Source of the DNA: Phoronis australis
Taxonomy: Eukaryota > Animalia > Phoronida
DNA: 64,000 nucleotides
NCBI GenBank assembly: GCA_002633005.1
Contig: NMRA01000760.1
Location: forward strand, 92,100 to 156,099
Direction: 5' to 3'
Shown here: positions 1-12,800 of the stretch, in pieces
Layout of the letters: the number at the start of each line of letters is the position of its first letter
Numbering within the stretch: the first letter of the stretch is position 1
Translations under genes and position numbers: made by a program
The notes under the pieces: model-generated
What the model saw: the letters and a program-made list of their open reading frames with translations, nothing else
Database searches by the model: none
What the model was told of the DNA's origin: nothing

Positions 1-1621
1 GCGATCGTTTGCGTTCTATGTTCGTTCGCTGGAGAAATTGAGGTAGAGGTTGATCACTGGGAAAAAATTAATGGAATTGAAGAGATACGCGTAAGTTTCT
101 AAGAATGGGGTACGGTACGACCGTTTTTTTTAGTACAAGATTTCGACGTAAGGTTTGGTAATCTTAGGTTTCGTTTGGCGACCTAAGGTTTTCGCCAAGT
201 CGCCAAATGCGTCTTACGCTAAGCGTTGAGCACTGTACCTGTATGTGGTCTAAATCCCGTGCTAGTTGTTTTAGAGGGAGAGAAGGTCATGAAACCTTCA
301 GTACAGTCTATGAATTATCCGCAAATGAAGGTATTTGTACACACGTTGACGAAACTGAGTTACGTCTGATAAGAAGACATTCTCAGAATTTGTAATGATT
401 TAAAAAGAAAACAACAACAAATATTAAATGATATATTGCTTTAACATTAATATCTAATAATGAATACTATACTAGACATAAAAACTTTAGTGCGTGGTTC
501 AATGGTATCCTAGTAACAACGTCCGCTGGTGCTTCTACTTTTAACAAATCACTGCTAATCATCTATAATCGGACCTCTGACCTATGACCTTGGCTATTGC
601 AGGCTGTACACACGTATTATAAATTTTCGAAAACAGTTCTGTATTAGAAACTTCATTTAGAACTCGGTGTAGTTTATTAAGGATGAAACTACACAGACAT
701 AATCTCTGAAATGAATATAAGGCCAACTATCAACAGCTGGCAGGTGTCTTACGATCCAGTAAACACGAAGAAATGAATGATAACGTAATTCAAGTGTAAT
801 TAACTGAATACTAAGTTGCTCATTTTGAATGTGTTCAGGCATATTGTTAAATTATCTTACAATTGTTTAAGATATGCCCGATGAGCTCCGCGCGTTGACA
901 ACAAAGGTAAAGGAACATGGGGAAGTAGAGGTGATTATTTGACAACGAACAAAACACGTAAGTTATGAAATGCAAGACGCCAGGAACTTGCTTGCTGCAA
1001 TAAAAAAAAAAAAAAAAAAAAAAAAAAAACGTATCGGGTGTGCATGGCAGGCTAATAATTGCAATGCAAAGATCACATGAGTCATCAAGGTAGGAGTAGA
1101 GCCCAATGTCAAAACAGAGTAATTTGCAACAAAGTTATCAGAATATTTAAGTTAAATGTGACGTGGGTATAACAAAGCACTGCGAATATCACATATGTTA
1201 TTATGGATGGACGTAAATTGAATTGATCATATCATAAGCGGATTTAGGGTCCCCTCACGGACACGTTTTTAGGGGCTACGCTGACATCTAGCCTTCGAAA
1301 ATTGTGGTTCCTTGCGACATCCCTGGAACCACCAGAGAATGCAAAGCGTTTTTTTTATCCCAGTGTCAGTTCACAAGTAACTTTTAGACTGAAAAATAAA
1401 TTTTTGAGGTAAAACAAGTTGCGTGAACATATTGGTTCGTGTCCTCTACACATCTAAACGGAAATGATATCAATGTGAACTTGAAGTGGTCGAGGCGCTA
1501 TACGAATCCACGGTATACGTAGCGCATGCGTAGTGGCGTGGTAAAGAATTGGGTAGAATATATCATACCGGTACCCATGGAGCAGACAAGCCACTTTTTC
1601 CATAATTTTGCTTTATGGAAA

Positions 1622-1856
1622 CAGAGGCGGATCTACAGAGGGGGGGGTTCAGGGGGTTGAAACACCCCCTCGGGACACGATCACAAATAAAAATTGAAAA
1701 AATGTCGCCAGTAAAACGACATCAGCTACTAAAAACCACAAAAGATCTTACATAGGAGGGGCAAACCCCCTCCCGACCTTCCCTCCGCTCGGCGCAACGC
1801 GCCTCGGATTTACTCGGATCCTAACCCCCCTTACTGAAAACGTAGATCTATCACTG
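1622..1856. mobile_element. MITE, CAG(A/T)GGCGGATCTAC-terminated family
   Basis: TIRs cagaggcggatctac / gtagatctatcactg; near-full-length homologue at 26219-26457. Confidence 0.8.
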
Positions 1857-2204
1857 GGGAACCCGATAATAATATGGTTTTTTTCTTAAGATATCGAGTA
1901 CCTAGTAACAATAGTGCTTGATAATAAATTTATGGTACGACTACGTGATTACAGTGGCATTGTTTTGATACAGAAACTTTCTGATTGTGTATGAAGTTAG
2001 CTTTTATTCCTCAGATCTCCGCTTCACAGGTCTCCGAGGGATTGGTGGTACACAGAATATTAATTTGCGAATGTAATGTTATGATTACAATAACTTAAAG
2101 ACGTGTTTTTCTTCCTTGTTTACATGACTAACTAATAGTATGAATACTGCACCCTGGTGTGGACTTTTTAATGAGCACAGGCCAAGAAATCGCTTTTGCA
2201 TTAT

Positions 2205-2381
2205 ATCCAGGATCTCATTTACTCCCTTGTATAATGTACCTTCACCAGTAAGACCGAGCTCAGAGGAGCAGGAGACACCTTTGTGCTGTGATTGATTTTC
2301 AACCAGTGAATCCAGGATTCGAACACAGGCAGTCTTCCAAACAGGAGTCCGGGAATCAAATCACTGAGCCACACCGTCTCC
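2205..2381 (-). mobile_element. tRNA-derived SINE
   Basis: On the minus strand, an A-box-like TGGCTCAGTGATT and a B-box GTTCGAATCC, followed by a non-tRNA body. The 3' end is approximate. Confidence 0.5.
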
Positions 2382-2705
2382 TAGTTAGTGGATCTCGTGA
2401 GAACATGGCCGATATTGCAAATTGCCGGATTTTTGGCGACGTAATCAGCGATCCGAAACTGAGTGTAACTGGTAGATGTCAGAGAGTATGACGAGTGTGT
2501 GACAATCCAGAATATTTTTGGGAATACCAAAATTCCAATCTTTAGACAATCTATAATATTCACTAATATTCCTTTCTGTTGAGAATCCCCTATTCTCAAT
2601 TTTAGAATGCATTTTAAAAAAGCATGTGTTTTTAGTAATAATGCGATAATTTCCAAGGCCAATCACGTTTTCACAGTGTCCATCCCATGGTCAGTATTCA
2701 TACTG

Positions 2706-3141
2706 TTAGTTAGCCATCGATACAAAGACAAACAAATTTTCACTACTTATTGCAATTGAGGTTTTAATTTCAATACAATTGCAATTGTTGCTACTGCCGA
2801 TCTTCATCGGCATCGGCTGACCAGCGAAGCCGAAGTCACACACTCTGCATTTTCTTTCCGGGTTCCCATCAAGCGCAATGCAAAATCGGTTTTTGCACCG
2901 TTCTGGTTTAGCTTTCCAGATGTGAGTTCGTACGCTCTGAGTGTGCTCAATTCGAAACCGTGGGATCCTGCATTGTGTATAATGCACGTGGTGACCTCTT
3001 ATGAGTAAACATCCGGGTTGTATAGATTCTTGTTGTTTTAAAAAATGCACTGTTTCAAAATAAAAGACATACTTTGCGTACCGAGCTGAAATTTACTGAA
3101 CCGAAGACCTACGAGCCTATTTTTTGTACCGTCTCACCCCT
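2706..3141 (-). mobile_element. hAT-like DNA transposon remnant (left end plus BED-finger-like fragment)
   Basis: Terminus TAGGGGTGAGACGGTAC with cggt subterminal motifs; ORF has RTHIWK...KCRVCD, which resembles a BED zinc finger. Confidence 0.4.
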
Positions 3142-3755
3142 AGTCAGCAGACGCTGACATGGAACAACTCGTACTGTATCAGCTTGTTTTGCATTCTTGT
3201 AAGTACAGCATACGGCCGCAGGCAATGTTAACTATTAAAGAGTCATCTTTGCATTACCTGTAGAATGCAATCACTGCAGCTACCCATCTGCATGGAGTAG
3301 CGACTCTTACATTGTAAATAGATGCATTTATACTCGGAACTTAATGTAGCGAATATTCGAGGATTATACTTAACAGACGTTTACGTCCCAAAATTTAAGG
3401 TGCATCGTACCACTTTAAAAAAGCGTCCATTTTACTGCTGTACACTTCCAAGTTCGAGGGTTTAATCACGAGCCGATATTTTGCATTTCACTGGCATGAC
3501 CACAGATGCCCGGCCGGAATATTCTTAGAACTCCACATGCTATTGGGCAACGCTGCCATAGCCAAAGTTACAAGATTTGTTAGATCACGTTGATCATGTT
3601 CAACGCAATACAGTCTTCAAAATGGGTGCTATACATAGTCTAATTTACATTACAATTAGGCTAAGTTCCAATATTTCAGAAAACTCGGCAAACACTACTC
3701 TCCACATATACTCAGAGAACTCAATAAACTGTTATATTCTAGCAATCTATTGTCG

Positions 3756-3889
3756 TCATGGTCGCTCCCTTGGGTCTCCGCTTAGAGCACTCTCTTTTGT
3801 TGGAACCTGCACCATTTCTTGTTTTGTTTCATATACTGGTTGTGACGTCATCGTTCCATAAGACACCATAGTGGCGGGGTCGTCCTTTG
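3756..3889 (-). CDS. VGLUT: VGLUT terminal exon 13 ([14 protein letters not shown]...GDPRERP*)
   Basis: Acceptor tttcag in phase 1, open for 43 codons to TGA. SYGT resembles the SYGAT motif of vertebrate VGLUT C-tails. Confidence 0.8.
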
Positions 3890-6800
3890 CTGAAACCAAG
3901 AAAGAATACAACTTTGAGGTTGAGATCCCTTTTCTGTAAAGACGTTTTTGCGATTTTTCATTATAAAGCCCTGAAAGAAATAATCATATCTTTCTTCATC
4001 GCATTTTTCTCACAGTAAATCAACATTTGCTTCAACAAAGTTTGGTTTCTAATTTTGTGTTCTCAAAAAGGTAAAACTATTCCTCAACTTTCCAGGAAAA
4101 GATACCGCTGTATACTCATGTAAATCGAGCGTTCAAAACTGGTCCGACGAAACAGATATACTGGTAGAGCTCTTAACGATCACAAACAATTGAAGTAACC
4201 CCTTGTGAGACACTTCTTGTCGATGGAGGTTCAGCTAGAAGAACAAAGCACTGGGAGAAATTAACCACCATTTTCATCTAACAAGAGGGGTATTTTATTT
4301 CTCATTCGCCCATCTAAAATTATCCAGTTGCAAGGCAATTAGATATATGTTAAAAATTCAGGGGCTCATTCGAGGAGTTTGGGAGGGTTAGTCAATCGAA
4401 TCCCATGGAGGCAAGGTACAGAATGGATTCGGAAGGAGATGAAAGATGATTCGTGAAACAGGATGTAATTAGCTGTAGAAAGCTGAGCTAGGATAAGAGT
4501 TTCAAGGTAGTTTCCTATCTCCTCAAAAGAGAAAGCGTGGATGTAGATGAACGAAGGCATTTCCACGGCGACCGCGGCTGCTGGAGTGGTAAAGACCGCA
4601 GAATTCATTTCTTCGGTCTACTAAACCTAATACAGAACCTTCGCAATGAGCCTTGCATTCATCAAAAGGCTTAGAGTTGTTACGGCAATGGAAATTCAAG
4701 GTCATGTGGCCTTGTTTATCACAAAGACTTGCTCGATTGACTTTTTATACAAAAACATCTGATATGAATGTTCAATGTATAGCGGAAAATCGAAGCATCG
4801 AATCCTATGGAACGCATAAAACGTCCATGGTCACCAGGCGACAGGGAGGAGGTCCTTGAATCTGATAACACGCATCAGTTTTCGGTGTTCCTCCTGAAAT
4901 CTAAACGCTGGGTAGCTCGCTTTCAAATGAAAGTTCAGATCAATACCTGGAGTACACAGCACTGTGCACGTGGAAAAAAAACAAAACCTCATAAAAGCAA
5001 GAGAAGGCAACAAATATGAGGAAGGCAACTGATAGTGAACTCGTACATGAGTACTGGTCGACATAAGCCACAACTAAGGTTAGTAAGACGGAGCAGATAA
5101 AACGAGTAGCTGCACTGCCGGTACATGTCAGTATATGGTGAACGCCATCAATCTACTGTACTAATTTTACCTGCCACGTGGGATGTGAATAACTGCAATA
5201 GAACAATATTGGCATTGAAAAAGTTTCTTGGATTCTGCGCGACATGACATTCCATAGCTCATAACTGTAAAAATCTTCTTGGGTATACACCTGTACGCGT
5301 TGCAGCGTACATACGCTGAAGTGAACGCTTTCTGTCCACATGTCAACTCAAATACGCCCTTAAGTGAGGCGTGACCGAGAGTTAGGAAGCGAGCTGTCTG
5401 TCATAATTGAACCAGATAGCTGAGCTGTCATCTCACCTGGGGGTGAGAATAATTAGTTCAATGAATTGTGATCGTATTTTCACGCCTTGACGAGAGGTGT
5501 CAGCACAGCTATGGTTACTTGAGGCAGGTTGTAGCTCTACGGCTGTGGTCTCAGTAAGAGCTGCAGTTGACAGACTGGGAAGCTAGTGCCTCGAAAAATA
5601 GATGACACGTTTACTACTAGGACACTGGTGACATCTGATACATAAGATTTTATTTACTTCTTAAAATCCCCACACACCGCTAGTAGTTAGGGAAGTAGAA
5701 AACTTCACAATGGAATGACTCAACTTTGCGGAAGCAAAATTAATCTTCTCGTTCAAGCAAAGAGTCGGCCTCCATTCGATCCATGGAGCCACCGTGTGTA
5801 ATTTTGAAGCCGTATCAAGTGCCACCAACACAACTTACCTTCGAACAGCGACGTTAAAGAACCAACGCAAAGGGTTCCAACCCAAACATGAACCAACCCG
5901 ATGACTTTGAAGGTTGGCTATGCATGGCACTTAAAGCTGTTATAAATCCGCCTAGGTGTCCGTCAAAGAAACTTTTGATTTAGATCACTCCTCGTTATAA
6001 AACTAGGTTAAGTACCGAAGACCGCAAGACATTAGCTTGCACTTGAGAAAAAACATCTTCGCTTATGGAACGGAAACAGTGAGTCTAATCCCACAATGCA
6101 ACACTCCAACCCCAAAGACCTATGATTAGGGGCGGCCATTTTGCTAGGATAGGCTAGCAAGCGGTTAGTTATTGCGCGAGACCATTCTCGGCGAATAAAA
6201 CGACACGCGGTGACAAGTCTACATGTTGAGCCTGGCCTTCAGCAACAACCAGCTGTGAGTTCTCTCGAAGCACTGAAATCATCATATTTTGTGATGGAAA
6301 GTGGGTTAAACAACCGATTCAATACAAATTTTCACAGCATTATTTTAGGGAAGTACATAACAGTTTTTCGATGTTAATGGCTTCATGGAAATTAGCATTG
6401 AGTTGCTCGCCTCATATTTTCGGGATCGAGCTAAAAAAGAAAAGTCAAAACCGGAACCGAGAGTTGCAGTAACAAGAGAACAAACACACGTCTGTACATA
6501 CATCAGTGATTACAAATGAAGTCATCATTTTTACCAACAGTCATGAAACATATCGAAACAATTGCAACATTTATTCATTTCACGTTACTCTAGCTAATTC
6601 AAGCACCCACAACCATGCCTATACAAATCATCTACAAAATTAATAAGCACTGGCGTAGCCAGTTTTCAAACTGATGAGAGCAAACGAATAAATGTTACGA
6701 CCTAAAAACTAAAACAGCGCCTCCACGAGGGTCTTTTTTCGATGAATTGGGGGTCCAAATACAAAGTTAAAATGCGTATCAACCGGGGGAAGACTTGTTG

Positions 6801-9800
6801 TACTCGTATGGCTACGCCAGTGCTAACACGTTTGTCGTCACGTGATCTACACATGCATCAAACCACATGACGCCAATCATTTCAAAACTCTAAAATGCAG
6901 TACACTAAAAGATGATTTGAAAATAAATTTGTTCGACCTTTGACACGAAGACTACTCACATTTTGCTGGGTCTGATTTTCAATGCTTAATGTTTGCTAGA
7001 AATCAAATGGTTCTCAACTTAATTTCAAGTACTCAATAAGTAGGGTTAACTTTTCTTTTGATCCTTATGTTTCAGCTTGAGCCGCCTGTTATAGATTGGA
7101 TGTTAAAATCTATGACTTGCTGACATAGGTGTTACATTATCTTCTGAAAGGACTAAGGAAGGGTTGACGAGGTGTGAAGGTTGTGGTAGGATGTTTAAGT
7201 CTGTTAAAGAAAGAAAGATCCATCAGACAAAGATGAAGTGTATATTAACCAATGGTAAGCGCTCGGGTTTACCCGATAACTCGTCGGAGTGTGTCGACCA
7301 GGAGACAAACCACCGTGTCAAACAGAATTCTGATCCTGAGAGTGGTAAAGGTAGAAGAGCTAGTAAGTGGCCGAAATCATCTGATAAACAGGTAAGGCTG
7401 GACATGGATACGGATTTAAGCATTAATTTACACACAATTAAAGACAGTGCAATAAGGAAAGTTCAGGTGCTGGGAAGTATGACATGTGACTATGGTACTC
7501 TGAAGTTTGGTGAGAAAGAGCAAAGGCAAAAGAAACAATTTCTTCCAAATCAAAGCAGGAGGAGGACAACCCAGTCATTAAGGAAGGAGGCGAGGAGACT
7601 ATGTGCAGCCATGCAGCAGAAGGTTCATAGAGCTGAAGAGATTGGAGTACTGCTGAGGGATGTGAGAAGACAGATTGCTAATCTGAGTAGACCAGAAGGT
7701 CCAGCTGAAAAGCGCCGCCGGTCTGCAAAAGCAACAAAAGATTTCACTGAGAATCCTTTCCATGTCACGAAGCAGCTGTACAAAGAGAAGACTAGTGGTA
7801 CTCTCACTGTGTCTCAGGAGAGATTGGAGGAACACCTGGAGTCGGTATACTGTAATGAGATGAAGAAGTCTGTCCCAGAACCAGTGGCTGATCTGAGTAA
7901 GCCGTCTGCTCCTACATTTCTGCTTGATGAGTCAATGGTTAAGATGAGGTGAAGGAGGTCATCAGGAAGGCAAGAAGTAAGTCAGCAGGAAGACCCAATG
8001 GTGTAACCTATGCAGTGTATAAGAACTGTCTTAAGTTGGTCTCTTGTATGTGGAGCGCCTTGGTTAAGGTGAGGGAGAAGGTGGATATACCTGAGTCTTG
8101 GTGCAAAGCAGGAGAAAACTCTACTGAGTTAGGTCAGTTCAGACCAAGCTCTTTGTTGAATATTGAAGGAAAGATCTTCTACACAGTCTTGGCAAAGAGA
8201 TAAACAAGATTACTCTCGGCTAATGGATTCATTGTCACCAGCATTCAGAAGACCGGTATACCAGGATTTCCTGGGTGTCTGGAACATGTTGTATAATCTG
8301 GCCAAAAATTAGGGAAGTCAAGAAAAATAAGAATGACCTGCATATGATCTTGCCAATGCTTATGGATCTGTTCCACACAGCATGCTGAGACTGGCAGTGG
8401 AGCTTTTTCATATTGCACAGAGGTTGCAAAGTTGCTTAATGTTGTATTTTTGATCAATTCAAGATTCGTTTCACCACAGCAAAGTATACAACAAAATATT
8501 TGAGCCTGCAATGGGATGTGCTATTTCAACTATCCTATTTGTAATTGTAATGGAGATGATTATTAGAGGTGTCAATGAAGAGCAGTGAGGAACTTCCAGA
8601 GGAAGGTGAGATCCAGGGCTTTATGGATGACCTAACAATCTTGCAGGAGATTGCGTCTGTTGCAAAGAGAGTTTTCCAAAGACTTACTGAGTTAATTGGC
8701 TTGAGAAGAATGGCTTTCAAACCCAAGAAGAGCACGGTGTTGTCATTCAGAAAGGGTGCTGTTGTGAACTTTGACTTTGGCATTACAGGAGAAAGAGTTC
8801 CAACTGTGCGTGAGCAGGGAGTGAAATGCTTAGGAAGGTGGTATAGTTTCCCACTTGCAGATCGTCATCGAGGAGTGGAATTACAGCGACAGGCAGAGGG
8901 TGGTTTGCTAAATATCCATAAATCAGGCTTGTCAATGACCAGAGACAATTGAGCGTAAGATCGGCGAAATGGTGAGAAAGTGGCTTGATTTATCCAGGAT
9001 TCTCTCATCAGCAGCATTGTACAGTAAGCAAAGTAAGTTGCGTTTACCAATTACATATGTTGTAGAGGAGTACAAGGCTGCAAAGGTCAGGCTGCAATCT
9101 ATGCTGTGTGAATTGAATGATAACACCATAAGAGACAAACCACCAAAGCTAAATATTGGTAGGAAGTGGAAAGTGAGTGAAACAATGAACACTGCAAGTG
9201 AGATGGCTCATCAGAAGGAATTTGTTGGTGTGGTGAGAGATGGTAGAAGAGGTATTGGAGTGACACAAAGGGAACATTTTTGGTCTGAGACAAAGGGGTC
9301 AGAAAGAAGGAAACTACGTGAGCAAGAAGTCCGGCAAATGGAGGAAGAGCGTCGTTCAGTGCTTGCTGTGCAACAGGCTCAATAGGGACTGCGGCTGAAT
9401 TGGGACGATGCGGAGCTGCAGGTCATCAGCTGGAACGATTGGCAGAGTATGAGTGCAGGTCATCCGAAGTTTCTCATCCAGTCAGCACATGATATATTGC
9501 CATCACCTGCCAGTTTGGTGAAATGGGGCTTTCGGACAGATTCTTCTTGTCGTTTTTGTCATAGAATTGGTAGTTTGAGACATATGTTATCTGACTGCAG
9601 TAAGGGGCTCACGTGCGGATGGTATACTTTCAAGCACAATTGGGTACTAGATGTTATACTAGAAGCAGTTGAGTGTGCAGTAGTTTCATCCAAATAATGT
9701 CAAAAGATAAATTTCGTCAGGCAAGGGGTTGCAGTTACGAACAATGTTAAGAGACCAGCTGCTACCAATAGGCATTGGACGGTTCGAATAGAGAAGTCCC

Positions 9801-12800
9801 TTCCAGAGGGATTGCTCCTGTCTGGTTTGCGTCCCGATGTAGTGTTGCTCGATGAAGTGAGAAAACTTCTTGTTAATGGTGGACTAACAGTTGCATGGGA
9901 AGAGGGTTTCTGGGAAGCCCATGAACGTAAGCTGTTACGGTATGCAGAATTAGCAACTGAAATCCAGGGGAAAGGTTACAACTGTGAACTGATTCTTTTT
10001 GAGGTGAGGGTGTCGAGGTTTTCCGTCTTCGTCTTTATGGAGGTTCCTGAAAGTCGCCGTTGTGAACCATTCTAGGATGGTGCATGGTCAGAGTGTGTGG
10101 ACAGAAGGCTGTGGAGGGCAGCACATGGATTATGCGGAAGTACATGTAATATAGTCATTAAAATGGAGTTAGGACTTTATGGCCAACTGCAGCGCATTTA
10201 CATTGAGCAGCTGTTGCTGGCCCACCGTGTGGAGAGATCCTGAGCTTAATGGGCCGAAATCTTGAGGACGCACTGCGCTCAGCTGATGATTGCAGTTGAC
10301 CGTGGAGCACAATCATCTATCACCTAAGTCTTCAGTCGGAGTAATTAATAGGCTGGGTCTGATCTATCCTACGATGTGAGGTAGCCGTTTTAAGAAAAAA
10401 AACAGTAGTAAGAATAATTAGAGTCAAAAAATGACTGATTTTCATGATACGTACTCACAATTTCAGAAGCATAGTTTACGAACTGCTTTGGACTCCTGCT
10501 ATTGATATAAAGAACAAGTGAACTCAAGTTTGAAATGTTTAGTAACTTTCTGTTTCAGTTTGGTCTCTTAAAAATGGTTTTAGATAAACTAATAAAAGAG
10601 ACATTTTTAAGCCCATTACCTAAGATGGAAATCACGAAATAGCTATGTCAAAGGTACATGGGCAACCATTGTCTCCAACATCTCCAGAGCACTAAATATT
10701 AATGAGCAAACCAAACATCGGTTCAGCGAGTTAGACTTTCCTACAGTATGTTAAAATGTACTCTCGTACATGGACCTACAATTGTCAGCTTTCTACAATT
10801 TTGTGAACACTTCATGTGAAAATGAAAGTCTTCAGTTAAAATGTTGCAAAGAAGCTAAAATTTCTCATTTCACGGATTGTCATTTCTGTTTTTAAGTCAA
10901 AAAATTATAGGTCTTATAACTTTCTATGAAATCTGAAAAATGTCGGATATTTTATGCTTCGGCTTTGTTTAAAGAGACTCTAAATCCGCCTTCCTTAAAA
11001 AGCCCATTTGACTAGAATACTTTGCACTATAAATCTGGTCTTAAATTTTCTTTACTCGGGTTCGAGACAATACTTGGGCTTGTTTGATAACATGCTCGAT
11101 ACGTTGGTTTGTACACTGCGTGTCACTGATTTTATGCGTCAAGTACACGTATAAAGGCCTTAAGCACTGCTTATCTGTCAGTATATCAATAGCCTAGAAA
11201 TCATTCTTCATCTGAATAAGGAACACGCTACGACCAAATTGAAAGCGGAAACCATCTAACTCAAACGTTGGATTTAACGTCCAAAGGCGTGTTCATAGCC
11301 GCCTTAATTAGGCCAATGCCCGCACAGCTTCTTTCAGGACCGAGGTTTTGTTCCCTGAACTCGAAACGTGATTCCACACGACTATTTAAAAATAACTTAA
11401 TCTCATTTTAAAAAATAGAGTGCAAAGTATCTGAAAAAAGCCCCGGTTACCGAGACAATTTCTATTTCTAAACTGTGATCCAATCGTAATTGGATAAAAC
11501 GTTTTTCACTAATTATGAAGTGCGAGAGTAAGACCAAACTCACGTCTAAGTCTTAAGCCACTATTTCATGCTGCAGGCCCCAGTATACGATTGGCAACGT
11601 TTACGGCTTAGGAAATGTTGCCGTAGAATTGAACCAGAGTCAACATTAAGAGATTTTCAAAAAAGAAGAGGAAATGAACTTTGTCAAAAACGTAAAAATG
11701 TGGTTAAGTGTTCGGGTTCACAATTTATTTTCAGAGGCGCTGAATGATATTTTTGGCTACAAAACAAACTTGCATTAGCATTTACGATCAATGCCTTACA
11801 AAGGATGACTCTGGGATGTTTGATTAGAAAAATTTTTCTCAATGAGACATCATTCGAGTAACAAATGAACGCGAGGTTCAATTTGACCCCGGTCGACTAA
11901 GTTGAATTCCGTAACTAAAGGTACACGGACGCGTACTTGTAAGTCTAGTCTTCGCCGAATGGTCAAATGAGTCATTTTTATGCAAGGGAGAAACACCTGA
12001 ATACTGTACTATTTAGGATACCAAAGAAAAGTGAAACAGGCAGTATGTAATACATGTACAAATCATATAAAGTTGACTGTTATTAGAAATAGAGTGAGTG
12101 CACTCTGTGTGAAAGGAGACACGTGAGAGACGGTACTGCGGTCACCCGATACAATGTACGCGTGCATTCTCCAGTTTTCGCGTGCCTACTGACTGACTTT
12201 ATTTGTATATTTACAGATGCATGTTTTCTCGGACTTTTTGTTTCTCTGAGGCGGACGTTGTTACCCATTTCGCCAAATGAGGGGTTCGTTCGAACCCCCG
12301 AGCCACCCCCCACCCCTTGGGTGCGCGCATGCATACAGAAAATGCTTAGTGCCTAGATCACGTTTTCCGGAAATGTACGAATACAGTACCGAGTGACCCT
12401 AGAAGAGGCAATGAGTGCTAGAAAACTAAAGAATATCAAAACACAATTTACCCAACGTTTCCTTGTACTGAATGTCTGTGAATAAATATATCCGTGGTTT
12501 ATATTTCATAAGGAGTTCTACTGCAAAGGAGCTTCGTGGCAAATCGGGAAGGAAACTATTTAGGAAATGAAAACGAAACAAGACTAAGAAGGAATCCGAT
12601 TATCTTTACAACAATAAATATTTCTGACATCAAAAGCTCATCGAAAGTAGAAATACATAGCTTTGATCATACCGCAAAGCAATTTAAAATTTGAAATTAT
12701 ACAAGTAAAATAGTTCATAATTTAAACTGTATATTTTCACTTGCGAAAAAGGTTTCAAAATAATTGCAAACAAATTCAGTATAAAAAAGTTCAAAGCTCT

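Noticed and set aside
2300-2381. tRNA gene
   Set aside because: A and B boxes only, with no cloverleaf. Better explained as a SINE head.
7020-7160. TSD or 5' ribozyme for the HERO element
   Set aside because: No direct repeat matching the 3' flank and no HDV-like fold found by eye. The 5' boundary remains uncertain.
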